Part shown: positions 49,852 to 61,899 of the stretch, piece after piece | Layout: the number at the start of each line of letters is the position of its first letter | How positions within the stretch are numbered: position 1 is the first letter of the stretch | Source: Phyllobates terribilis | Taxonomy: Eukaryota | Reading direction: 5' to 3' | NCBI RefSeq assembly: GCF_046119375.1 | Contig: NW_027362763.1 | Span: 781,076,001-781,140,000 of the forward strand | DNA: 64,000 bases | Translations under genes and position numbers: made by a program | The notes under the pieces: model-generated | Database searches by the model: none | What the model was told of the DNA's origin: nothing | The model's input: only the letters and a program-made list of their open reading frames with translations

Positions 49852-51480
49852 TTGGTGACCCTTGTTAGAGCCACACTCCCTCTCCAATTGATCCCTGTGA
49901 AGAAGGTTGGCGTCTGCTGCATTCAAGGGGATGCTATTAACTATCTGGTGGCCAGAGTGGTCATTGAGATGGCCCGGGGTACTGAGTCTCAAGAGGTCGG
50001 CGTGGTCCAGAACTTATTGCACACAATTATCATAGGTTGGGACTTTGTACTGTTTTGGGACTTGTGGAGTCTTAAAAAAGTCCCACCAACCCAAGAGTCT
50101 GACGAGTTTCCCTTCTGTGTAGTGGGTGAAGAGGAGAAGATAGTATCCCCTGAGGCAGACATTTCTGAAATACGGTTGACCAGAGAAAATTTTGGGTTCA
50201 CCCAACATAGGGACCTAACTCTAAAAGAGGCGTTCAATAAGGTAACCGTCATAAACAGCATAGCACAGGAGATGGGAGCTGACAACATGTTTCCCTATTT
50301 CATGTTGAGTGGGGACTTATTGTACTGAGTTAATAAGGTGAGGGAGGATATAATAGAGAAATTGTTGGTACCAGGACCCTATAGACAAAGGGTGTTGGAC
50401 AAGGCTCATTTACATGTCTTGGGTGGCCATCTGGGGGTGGACAAAACTCAAGAACGGGTCATGTGGAGGTACTATTGGTCCAGATGTCACCATGAAATCC
50501 TAAGATATTGCAAGTCCTTTCCCATCTGCCAGTTAACCACTACCACTTCTCCCTTCCACAATCCTCTCGTGTCGCTATCCATCAAGGCAGGGCAACATAG
50601 ATAGCATGTTGAAACTCCATGTTGGCTGGACAGACCAGAAGGTGACACCAATGGTGTCACAGTGGCAGAGACACTGTCACCAGCCCAGAAACAACAGTGC
50701 CGAGAACTGCTTCAGCAGAACCGGGACGTGTTTGCGGAGTTGCTAAGACATACGCAGGTTGGTGAACATGGAATCCTGATGGAACCACATGACTGGTGAA
50801 CCAAATGTCGTATAGAATCCTCGAAGCCCGCCACAAGGTGATTTTGAAGGAGGGGGCTAAATTTGATGCGTATCCGATAACCCATGACGATAAACTCATA
50901 GAGAAGCTAGGGTCAGCCAGATACATCACCTCCCTGGACCTAGCGAAAGGTTACTGGCAAATCCTCCTCTCACAAAGTGACAAGAAGAAGACCGCCTCTT
51001 TTATACTTGACGGTTGCTTCCAGTATACCAGAAACCCATCCGGGCTGCAGAGAGACCCAGCTACCTTCCAGAGGGCCATAGACCGGCTCTTAGCCCCCCA
51101 CAAAAAGTACGCCGCAGCTTACCTCAATGATTTTGTGATATTCAGTCCGGTCTGGAGAAGTCATCTGCAGAAGGTCCAGGCTGTGAGGAAAGGGAGGTTT
51201 ACCATAAACCCAAGAAGTGTGCCTTCAGGAAAAAGAAGGGAAAATACTTGGTCTACATCTTTGGAAGAAACAAAGTAAAGCCGCAAGTGAATAAAGTGGA
51301 GGCAGTCCAAAATTGTCCGAAACCGGTCTCCAGGTACCAGGTATGGGCATTTCAGGAATGGTGAGATACCCGATGATAGCAGCACCCCTGACCGACCTTC
51401 TTAAGGGCACGAAGACGTCAATGGCCAAATGGCCTCTTGAAGCAGAGTTGGCATTCCAAGAGTTGAAACTCAGGTCTTCA
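49852..51480 (+). pseudogene. Gypsy pol remnants (protease C-terminus, integrase zinc-binding domain, RT)
   Basis: IIIGWDF; AHLHVLGGHLGVDKTQERV...YCKSFPICQL; ARYITSLDLAKGYWQI...PATFQRAIDRLL...AAAYLNDFVIFS. Stops, frameshifts and large deletions. Confidence 0.85.
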
Positions 51481-52722
51481 TCTTTCATGTGGCACACAGT
51501 CCATGGAAGCGTAACCCAGATGCTCTGTTTAGACTTCTCTGTTTGGTGACTGAAGATGCCAAAACCTATGGCTTTGGGCAGAGGGGGTGATATGTGAGAA
51601 AGTCACTGTCAAAGTACTGGAGGGGAGATATGTAGCACTGAGATTGTTAGCTCCAGTAAAATAAACATAGTAAAAATGTTCAAGCACACGAAATGAAGAG
51701 AGGGGTTAATCGGCCATGTTTAGCGCTAGGGCGATTAAACACCTTTTGAGAGGTAGGAGTTCAGAGGATAAATTCCCAGTCTTTTAGAGCATTTGGTGTG
51801 GGGTGGGTCTGGAGGCACAAGCTCTGAAGCTGTATTGTCATGTGAAGGAAAGCTAAACATTGGGTTGTTTGTTCCTGAAGCAGTTGGTTTCCTGTAGCAA
51901 CAAGGACTGTGCCATACATTATGTTTTGATTTTCCTATTAGGCCAGGACTGTGTTTGTTTCGCTAACTTTTCTGTGGTTTATGTAGTACTCTTAATAAAC
52001 CACAACGGAAGATTTAAAGAGACAGTGTTCCTCTGTCTACCACTATATGCAGTCAAGTGAGCCGATCTACCACAGTCAGTGCAGGGGGATGTGCATAAAG
52101 TATGTAATATATATCAGTTATAATTATATCAATAATAGCATTACTAGAACATATACAGTCATGAAAAAAAAACTATGTACCCCCTCTTAGAACATATGAC
52201 AGCTTACAACGTGACATTAGTTATTTTACAAAAACTAGGCCAAAATGCAGAAGCCGTGTGTGAAAAATTAAGTACATTCCATGAATCAATATAACCTTTT
52301 TAAGCAGTAGTAACTTGAAGCAATCAGAAATACCAAAAATTAAAGGTATCACTAAAAATATGAAGCAGACTACAGTGCTCAGGTACACCCTTACATCCAA
52401 AGATTTCTAAACAAAATAGAGAAAGTCAAATAAATACAGACACTAGTATATCCCCTTACAGATATATTACATTTAATAATCTATGTAGATGCATTTATTT
52501 ATATGAGATGACGCAAAGTTAACAATATGCAATAAAAGCACACACAAAAAAATATGTGCATACCAAAATAAAAACAAATCCAGAGGAATTTTATTCCACG
52601 GAGCTATCGTGGAATATATAAGTGTAAATAGTACTAAAAATATTATCGAACTCTCTATAAACAATATTTTTTCTTGTTATTTGGGATGATACATAATGAC
52701 AAAACCAATAGAGCTTCTTTAA

Positions 52723-53380
52723 CCCCTTCCCACATTAGTACGTGAATAAACGTTGCAGGCAGGGATCTGCATGTGCCGAGGGGGCTCAGGAGCTGAGCTC
52801 CATCCACATGCAGTAGATGCCAATTATATTACTTAGCCGGCATCTGTGTATACAGTCATTGCTAGTGCTGAGCCCATGCTGTTAACCATTTAGATACCAC
52901 TGTTAATTTCTGACAACACATATCAGCCCTCCAGGATCCAATTGCGGGGTACTGATGCATTACAACAGCTGCCATTTTGTTATTCTTGAAGAGTTCAGAC
53001 TCAGGCCGAGCTCCATGGAAGACTGTGATTTTTACTATATACTGTGATACAGGTGTAAACTTTGCAGGTTTAAATCCCCTAAAAGGAATTAAAAACTAAT
53101 GAAAAACTAAAAAGTTTTTAAAAATATATATAAAAACTCAAATTAATCCCCTTTTTTCTGTTAAAAATAAACAAAGGAAAAACGAAAAAATATATTTGAC
53201 AGTGTTAAAATATAAAATTAATTGACTCCTATGGTAAACACTGTAAAGAGAAGAAAACTCGAAACCCAAGAATGCCATTTTTTTTGCTCAGCTCCCTAAA
53301 AAAACAGCAACGTACACAAAACAAAATTTTTTGTTTACAAAAGTCAGATTTTTTTTTTTATCACTTATATAGTAAAAAAT
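52723..53380. mobile_element. piggyBac-like non-autonomous fragment
   Basis: ttaa|ccccttccc terminus at 52719-52731 followed by AT-rich interior; the other end was not found. Confidence 0.4.
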
Positions 53381-53395
53381 ATAGCAAAAAAAGCA

Positions 53396-54084
53396 ATGCA
53401 TGCCAGTGAAACATGGTGTGGCAGCATCATGCTATGGGGGTGTTTTTCAGCTGCAGGGTCAGGACGACTGGTTGCAATTGAAGGAAACATGAATGCGGCC
53501 AAGTACAGAGATATCCTGGATAAAAACCTCTTCCAGAGTGCTCTGGATCTCAGACTTGGCCAAAGGTTCACCTTCCAACAAGACAATGACCCTAAGCACA
53601 CAGCTAAAATAACAAAGGAGTGGCTTCAGAACAACTCGGTGACCATTCTTGACTGGCCCAGCCAGAGCCCTGACCTAAACCCAATTGACCATCTCTAGAG
53701 AGACCTGAAAATGTCTGTCCACCAACGTTCACCATCCAACCTGACGGAACTGGAGAGGATCTGCAAGGAAGAATGGCAGAGGATCCCCAAATCCAGGTGT
53801 GAAAAACTTGTTGCATCATTCCCAAGAAGACTCATGGCTGTACTAGCGCAAAAGTGTGCTTCTACTCAATACTGAGCAAAGGGTCTGAATACTTATGACC
53901 ATGTAATATTTCAGTTTTTCTTTTTTAATAAATTTTCAAAAATTTCTACTGTTTTTTTTTTCAGTCAAGATGGGGTGCAGAGTGTACTTTAATGAGAAAA
54001 GAACTTTTTAGAATTTACCAAATGGCTGCAATGAAACAAAGAGTGAAAAATTTAAAGGGGTCTGAATACTTTTCGTACCCACTG
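53396..54084 (+). mobile_element. 5'-truncated Tc1 element (transposase C-half + right TIR)
   Basis: CGSIMLWGCFSAAGSGRL, FQQDNDPKH, DWPSQSPDLNPIDHL; right end ggggtctgaatacttttcgtacccactg|TA with an inner repeat gggtctgaatactt at 53880. Confidence 0.88.
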
Positions 54085-54101
54085 TATGTCCATATAGCAA
54101 T

Positions 54102-54780
54102 TGTCATGATACTGTTTTCTGATAACCCAGGGAATAGGGGCTCCTACCCTGTCCCTAACGCTAGGGGCGCCCTAGCTATCCCTGCTCCCCAGGTTACTTC
54201 TGATGGTGAAGATGCTGGGGCCATCTACCTTTCTGTTCTCCTGATTCAGCCTTTATCTATCCCCTCCCCAACCCAGAGAAGTGGGGAGGAATAGTGTATG
54301 TAAATACACACACCAGACAATCAAGGAAAGTAAGTACAAGGATAAATGAAAATACCAAACATACAAAATATGCACTCACAGACAACAGAGGGAAAACACT
54401 GAAGGGATTAGAAAGGTAAACAAAAATAGAAAAGGAAGGGACTATGCATACAGCCAAAACACCAAGCAACAGTCACAGAACAAATCTCCTTAAACACCTC
54501 TTCAGAACACTGAATCCTCCACTCCTCATCAGGCAGTACAACACTTAACACTGGCAATCCAGATTGTCAGAGAAGAGTCTATATAGTAGAGGGGAGTGGC
54601 TTATACTGCACTACTGAGAACTTCCAAGAAGGAAGCTACCGAGACTCAAAGGTGAGCAGTTTAACTCCTGCACTGCTGAAAGAAACCATTTAATAAGAAG
54701 TGCTTCTATTCAATGCAGGAGTACGTGAACTCAGACGCTATAGTCATCTGGCTCCTCCCTGTCGCGGTAAACCCGTGACA
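54102..54780. mobile_element. Solo LTR, 679 bp
   Basis: TGTCATG...CGTGACA; perfect 5-bp TSD GCAAT (54097-54101 / 54781-54785). Confidence 0.88.
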
Positions 54781-55256
54781 GCAATTTTTTTCCAATTTGT
54801 GATATCGTTCTAATGAAACCTGCAATGTAGGAATATGTATACAATGTTTTATCGAGATTCAATTATAAAATGCATTGGGGCATGTAAAAACACCTAGAAA
54901 CAGCAATATAGAATAATAGCAATTTAATGAGATATAATGATTGTGATAATTAACGCAAGTTGTGTGGCGACGTGATTGTGGTAGTGTAACATTGCTAAAA
55001 TATATTAAAGAAGCTCTATTGAAAGCTTTCACCATTATGTATCATCCAAAATAACAAAAAAATAGCATTTATAGAGAGGTCTATAATACTTTTATTTAAA
55101 GGCTTATATGTAGGTCAGTCCAACACTTTGATTGTCAAATTTATACTAATATATCTTATGAGGGCGCTAAACACTTAAATGCACCAATAAAACCAAATCC
55201 AAAAGAATTTTTATTCCATGGGCTCTAGTAAGATGTATTAGTGTCAATTTATTATA

Positions 55257-56890
55257 CAGTGGCATGCAAAAGTATGGGCACCCCTTGTCAAAATTACTGC
55301 TATTTTGAACAGTTAAGCAAGTTGAAGATGAAATGATCTCTAAAAGTTTCTGTAAAGGTCCCACCAAAGAATTTCAAGTGGGCTGAGGTCTGGACTGTGA
55401 CTTGCCAATTGCAACTTCTTGAGTTTTTTTCTTTTTAAGCTATTCTGATGTAGATTTGCTGTTATGCTTGAATCATTGCATGAACAAATTTCAGCCAAAC
55501 TTTAGCTTTTGGATAGAATGCCTTACATTTGACTCTAGAATACCTTGCTTTACATAGGAGATCAATGTTGACTCATGCCTATAAGGAGCCTAGGTCCTGT
55601 GGCTGCAAAACAAGTCCAAATCATCAGTCCTCCACCACTATATGTGATAGTATGAAGTGTTTATGCTGATATGCTGTATTTGTTTTTGGCCAAGCATCTC
55701 CACTTCGGTTTTGTCTATCCAAATGACATTGTTCCAGTAGTTTTGCAGTTTGCAAAATTTATCTGTTCTGCCATCTTTTTAGAAAAAAGATGTTTTTTTT
55801 CCCTGGGAGTCCTTCCAAACAAGCTATTCTTAATTCTTGTTCAGCTTTTTTCTTATTAGGCTCTCATAAATTTGCGCATTTAACATGCTAACTGAGGCCG
55901 TTAGAGTCTGAGCTGTAATACTTGCCTGGTCTAATCTTAGGCTATGTGCCCACGATGCAGAAATCCTCCGGATTTTTCCTGAGAGTTTCTGCATCTCCCT
56001 GGCAGAAAAAACGCATGCGGATTGTACATGCGGATTGTACATGCAGATTGTACATGCGTTTTTCCTGCCAGGGACATGCGGAAGAGAAGCGTTCTTCACA
56101 TGCATTTCCGCATGCGAGTTGTCAAACGCTTTCCAAGTGATTTTAGCATCACTTGTAAAGTGCTTGTCAACTTGGTCACACTATATAAAACCAGCATGGA
56201 TTTATATAGTGTGACCTTAAAGAATGGTTAAAAATAAAAAAATTAATCTATACTTACCTTCTGATGGCCGCGGAGTCTTGCTTCGCTCCGTTCTCCCTTG
56301 TCGGCAGCTCGCGGTACACTACACTGAAGGACCTGCCGTCACATGACTATGACGTCAGCGGAGGTCCTTCAGTCCACCGCGATCTGCGGCAAGGGAGGAC
56401 GAGCTCAGCGGGGGCTGTCAGAAGGTAAATATAACATTTATTTTTTATCTTATTCTTTTTTTCACAGGTTCTATGGTACCTGGGTCCGGAGGAGAGTCTC
56501 CTGTCCTCCACACCCGGGTACCATCCGCACATTGAAACGTGTGGAATGCGCATCTACATATGCAGTGATGCGTAATCCATGCGTTTCAATGCAAGTCAAT
56601 GGCGGCGAAAACGCAGCCCTTCCGCAAAATAATTGGTAGTGCTGCGTTTTTTTCCGTAATGATAATCCGCAGCGGAAATTTCCGCAGCATGTGCACAGCA
56701 CATGCGGATTATCATTGGGGACCATGGCAGGCCTTCTACCATGCGTTTTTTAAGCATTTCTGCAGCGTTTTTGCCGCTGCGGAAACGCTTAAAAAACGCA
56801 TCGTGGGCACACAGCCTTAGGGTGAATTTGCTGAGATGTCCACCCAAGGGAAGATTGTCAACTGTCTGTTTTCCCACTTGTGAATAATAT
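55257..56890 (-). mobile_element. Heavily decayed Tc1 remnant, interrupted by a MITE
   Basis: TA|cagtggcatgcaaaagtatgggcacccc terminus; gggctgaggtctggactgtgacttgcca encodes WPSQSPDL-like residues on the minus strand. The far end is approximate. Confidence 0.65.
55940..56816. mobile_element. Harbinger/PIF-type MITE, 877 bp
   Basis: TIR ggctatgtgcccacgatgc / gcatcgtgggcacacagcc; 3-bp TSD TTA on both sides. Confidence 0.88.
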
Positions 56891-57332
56891 TTCATTCTAT
56901 AGAATTAAGGACTCCAAATTGATTGAAAATAACCTTATTACTAGTGTTGAGCATTCCGATACTGAAATATCGGGTATCGGCCGATATTCGCGGTATCAGA
57001 ATTCCGATACTTAATTCCGATACTTTTGCAATATCGTATACCGGAATCGGAAGTTCCCATAATGCAATGAGCCATTTTCATTTTATTCAGCCAATGAGGA
57101 TCCTAAGAAGTGTGGGCACATCCTGTTAGGCATGTAGGCATCTTAACTAATGGCATGGCTGTGATTGGCTGCTGAAATGATGTCATGATGCACTATAAAA
57201 GCCGCCGCCGCCACTTTGAGCTCACTCTGCTGTGAATTCAGTTAGGGATAGGATGCTGTTGTTCTGAGGGACAGTTTTAGCTACCTATTTGGTCTATTCT
57301 GCTTTACCCAAGCTACTTTATAAATCGCTGTG

Positions 57333-58118
57333 CCTTGCAGTGCTAGTGCACAGTTCCCTGGGCTGTTCACCGCTGTCTGCAAGGTCTCTGTGTGTGAGTG
57401 CAGCTCACCCTGTAGTGTGTGCTTCAGCCACGTCTGGTTATAGTGCACTCAGTGTGTGTCACTGCCTCATACATTGTCCTTTTTTGCCAATTCATAATTT
57501 TTCCTGATATCTCCTATTAGTGTGGTGGTTCCATCCGTATTCAGCTAAATTGGTTCCAAACACACTATATAGGAGTAGATAGAGAAATTTTTTTGGTCTT
57601 GCAGCGCTAGTGCACAGTGCTCTGCATCTGTACTGTTCACCGCTGTCTGCAAGGTCTGGTGTGTGAGTGCAGCTCACCCTGTAGTGTGTGCTTCAACCAC
57701 GTCTGGTTGTAGTGCACTCAGTGTGTGTCACTGCCTCATACATTGTCCTTTTTTGCCAATTCATAATTTTTCCTGATATCTCCTATTAGTGTGGTGGTTC
57801 CATCAGTATTCAGCTAAATTGGTTCCAAACACACTATATAGGAGTAGATAGAGAAATTTTTTTGGTCTTGCAGCGCTAGTGCACAGTGCTCTGCATCTGC
57901 ACTGTTCACCGCTGTCTGCAAGGTCTGGTGTGTGAGTGCAGCTCACCCTGTAGTGTGTGCTTCAACCACGTCTGGTTGTAGTGCACTCAGTGTGTGTCAC
58001 TGCCTCATACATTGTCCTTTTTTGCCAATTCATAATTTTTCCTGATTTCTCCTATTAGTGTGGTGGTTCCATCTGTATTCAGCTAAATTGGTTCCAAACA
58101 CACTATATAGGAGTAGTT
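57333..58118. repeat. 269-bp tandem repeat, ~3 copies, in the hAT 5' region
   Basis: The landmark tcagctaaat recurs at 57541, 57810 and 58079. Confidence 0.93.
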
Positions 58119-58477
58119 AGAGGAGCCTTTCTGCAGCATTGGGCCCTGCAGCCCCAGCCAGATTAGTATTAGCCTATTTTTTGTAGCCTCATCTATTGCA
58201 TTGTAGGTTACCTTCCTACATTGTAATAGCTACAAAAAGTTTGTGATACTATCGTTATTACATCTTTAGGCACATCCAGTGTCTTTTTGTGACAAAAAAA
58301 ACCTAAATAAAGTTCACCAAACACTCCACTTTACAGTTGTGTAGGCCACATTAGCTCATATTAAAGTCTAGTCCACACTTTATAAAATTAGTGTTTCTTA
58401 TACCTGTTAGCAGCTGTTCAGGAATAAGCACACTAAGCCCTTAGTACTTTTCTGCCTATCTTTATCAGTCTACCAAG

Positions 58478-61400
58478 ATGAAGAAGGCAGGGAGTAAGGC
58501 ATGTGGTCGTGGGCGTGGGCGTGGAGTTTCTGCAGGGAGAGGACGTGAGGATTCTGTGCCTGCAGGGAGAAGACGTGGGGATTCTGTGCCTGCTGCGGGC
58601 ACCAGTGACTCAGCATCCCCCAGTTTTACCAGGGAACAGTCCTTTATGCGCAGCTTTGTAGGAGCTAACCGTACCCCACTGCTGCGGGAGGACCAAATTG
58701 AAGCCGTTGTCGGATGGATGGCAGCTAACGCATCGACTTCAATTAGTTCCAGATCCTCTCAGGTCCTGAGCACTGAAGAGCACCCATCTGTCTCTTCACC
58801 ACCTGCCAAATTGCCCAGGCAGTCAGAGAGCCCTGGACAGGAGCCATCTCTACTTCTGTTCTCTGAATCTCTTGGCTTGGAAAGAGGGGGCCAGCCAAGC
58901 AGAATTCGAGAATTTGAAGAAGAGGTAGTATGCAGTGATGCGCAACCGTTTTGTCTCTCTGAATCTGAAGAGGCGGGTGGGCCAGTGCCTATGGTCAGCA
59001 GCACACCTCAGTACGCATCTGATGATGAGACTCAGGTGCCACTTTCTGGTGCGTACTGTGCTGTCGAGACTACCCAGGAGAAGCAGTTGTTTGAAGAGGG
59101 TGGTGTAGATGATGAGGTCCTTGACCCATCATGGCGTGAGGGACAGGAAGGTGGTGGGAGCAGCTCTGAGGAAGAGATTCCCTGAACAGCCCAAAAAGGA
59201 GGGAGAGGGAGGGGGCAGACTTGGTTGCCTGTAGCCTCCACTTCGGCACCCATTAGGAGCATGGCTCTTCCAAAATCCAAAGCGGGCGCTCCCAAGACTT
59301 GCAGTGCCTGGTCCTTTTTTGACACAGTTGCAGATGACATTTGCTTTGTCAAATGCAAGCTGTGTAATCAGAAGGTGAAAAGAGGGAAAAGTGTCAGCAA
59401 CCTCAATATCACAAATATGTGGAAACATGTGCGGACCAAGCACGTGGTGGAGTTACAAAAACACACTGAAGACCTAGGCCAACCTACAGCGCCACCTACC
59501 ACCTCTTCAGCTCGTGTTGTAGCCTCTTCCTCCAGCTCACACACAGCTGGTTCGGCTTCCTCACAGGATCGCCATGGAAGAATCTCTGGCACTGTTGTAC
59601 AGAGACACAGTGTAATTCCACCCACAGCACCACTTTCCCAGTCATCCTCACACTCCCAGGCTAGTCTACAGCCATCGTTAGCACAGGCATGGGAGAAAAG
59701 GCGCCCATACTCGGCAAACCACCCCCGAGCACAGGCTCTGAATGCTGGCATTGCTAAACTACTGGCCCTTGAAATGCTATCATTCAGGCTGGTGGAGACT
59801 GACACATTCCGTAACTTTATGGCATTGGCAGTCCCACAATACAACGTGCCCAGCCGCTTTTATTTCAGCAGGCAAGCCGTCCCTGCCCTGCAACATCATG
59901 TGGAGGGAAAAATTAAACATCCGCTACAAAACGCCGTCAGTAGCAAGGTCCACCTGACCACCGATGCGTGGACCAGTAGGCATGGACAGGGACGATACCT
60001 TTCCCTCACTGCCCATTGGGTAAATGTTGTGGAGCCGGGTACAGATCTTGAGAGTGGCGCTATACGTGTTCTGCCAACTCCAAGGATTGCAGGAATCCAG
60101 TCTGTACACATTGACTCCTCCTCATACTCCAGTTCCTCTGAATCAGCGCTGCAGGAGCCGTCACGGTCTACCTCCACATCGACCCGTGAACGGTTACCTG
60201 TTATGGTGACCAATATGAGCACAGCCGTGGCCAAACGTCAACAGGCCATATTAAAATTAATTTCTTTGGGGAATCGAAGCCACACAGCGCAGAAGCTCTG
60301 GAATGCCATCAAGCAGCAGAGCGACGTGTGGTTTGTGCCAGCGAATCTCCAGCCAGGCATGGTAGTGTGTGACAATGGCCGAAATCTGGTGGCAGCTCTG
60401 GGCCTAGGCAACCTCACTCACATCCCATGTCTGGCACATGTGCTCAACTTGGTCGTGCAGAGTTTTTTGAGGGACTATCCGGATCTTGATGCACTGCTTC
60501 ACAAGGTCCGCATAGAGTGCGCTCACTTGCGGCCTTCCAGCAATGCAAGATCACGCATTGCAGCTCTGCAGCGCCGATTACGTCTTCCGGAACATCGCAT
60601 CATATGTGACCTACCCACCAGGTGGAATTCAACGTTACATATGTTGGAGAGGTTGTGTGAGCAGCAGGCAGCAGTAATGGAGTACCAGCTGCAGCAGGCG
60701 CAAACAAGTCGCAGTGCGCGCCGTTCACACTTCACCACCACTGAGTGGGCCTCTATGAAGGACATTTGCCACGTTTTGCGTGCCTTCGATTATTCAACGC
60801 GGATGGCGAGTGCAGATGGTGCACTAGTCAGCATGACTATCCCCCTTATCTGCCTGCTTGAAAAAACACTGGAAGCACTAAGGGACGAGGTTTTGGAAGA
60901 GGTGGAGGATGAGGAGTCACAAATGCCATCTGCTTCTCTACAGTCTGCGCAACGTGGTTCCTCACAAAGGCCTAGGCAGGGGACACTTTGTGAGGAGGAT
61001 GAGGAGGAGTCAATGGATGAGGAAGACATCTGTCCAGAGGAGGGAGGTACACAATGCTCTAGTAGTCAGTATCTAGAGCGAGGGTGGGGTGATGCAGAGC
61101 AGGCAGAGATCACGCCTCAAGCAGGGGTCAGCGTTTCTTGGCCAGTTGGCAGTCTGCAGCACATGGTTGATTTCATGCTGCAGTGCCTGAGAAACGACCG
61201 CCGCTTCGCCCACATTCTCAACACGGCTGATTATTGGGTGTCCACCCTCCTAGATCCTCGCTACCGGGACAACTTACAAAGTCTCATAACACCGTTGAAT
61301 CGGGAGCGTAAAATGCGGGAGTACCAAGACGCACTGGTGCATTCCATCATGTTCTCCATTCCAACCGAGAGCAGTGCTGCTAGTGCTTTACAAAGCAGCT

Positions 61401-61864
61401 CAGTGCGTCGAGGCAGTGGAGGAAGCTCTGCACAAAGAGGGAGCAGAAGCAGCGCCTCAGCACAAGGCAAGACCAGAATGGCCGAAATGTGGCAAAGTTT
61501 TGTGTCCCCGCCGCCACAAATGTCTACACCATCACAGACGGCTCCAGTCAGCAGGAGGCAACGTTTCTGTCAGTTGGTGACAGACTACATGTCTTGCCCT
61601 CTTAGTGTACTCCCAGACGGCTCTTCTCCCTTCAAGTTTTGGGTCTGTAAGCTGGATACATGGCCAGAGCTTAGTCAGTATGCATTGGAGGTGCTAGCTT
61701 GCCCTGCTGCTAGTGTATTATCGGAACGCGTCTTTAGTGCCGCAGGTGGTGTACTAACAGAACGTCGCATGCGACTATCCTCCGATAACGTTGACTGGCT
61801 TACTTTCTTCAAAATGAACAAGGCCTGGATCTCTCATAAATTTGCCAGTCCTCTTCCAGAATAA
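58478..61864 (+). CDS. hAT transposase (BED zinc finger, DDE core, C-terminal dimerisation domain); 1128 codons with one in-frame TGA at 59183-59185, 867 aa from ATG 59261
   Basis: AWSFF...CKLC...NMWKHVRTKH (BED), LTTDAWTS, VVCDNGRN, CLAHVLNLVV, PTRWNST, WPELSQYALEVLACPAASVLSERVFS. The two track ORFs are in the same frame, 13 codons apart. Confidence 0.9.
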
Positions 61865-61899
61865 ATAATTGGTTGGCAACAGTATCCAGGTCTCCTGTT

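Larger units (their letters stand above)
49321..52074 (+). mobile_element. Internally deleted Gmr1-type Gypsy LTR retrotransposon
   Basis: LTRs 49321-49803 and 51593-52074 (TG...CA, clearly diverged); 4-bp TSD GTCA; PBS and PPT (gggcagagggggtga) present. Remnants occur in the order protease, integrase HHCC, RT. Confidence 0.9.

Noticed and set aside
52156-52330. TA|cagtcatg Tc1-like terminus as the left end of the Tc1 at 53396-54084
   Set aside because: It does not match that element's right TIR, and the intervening sequence is unrelated.
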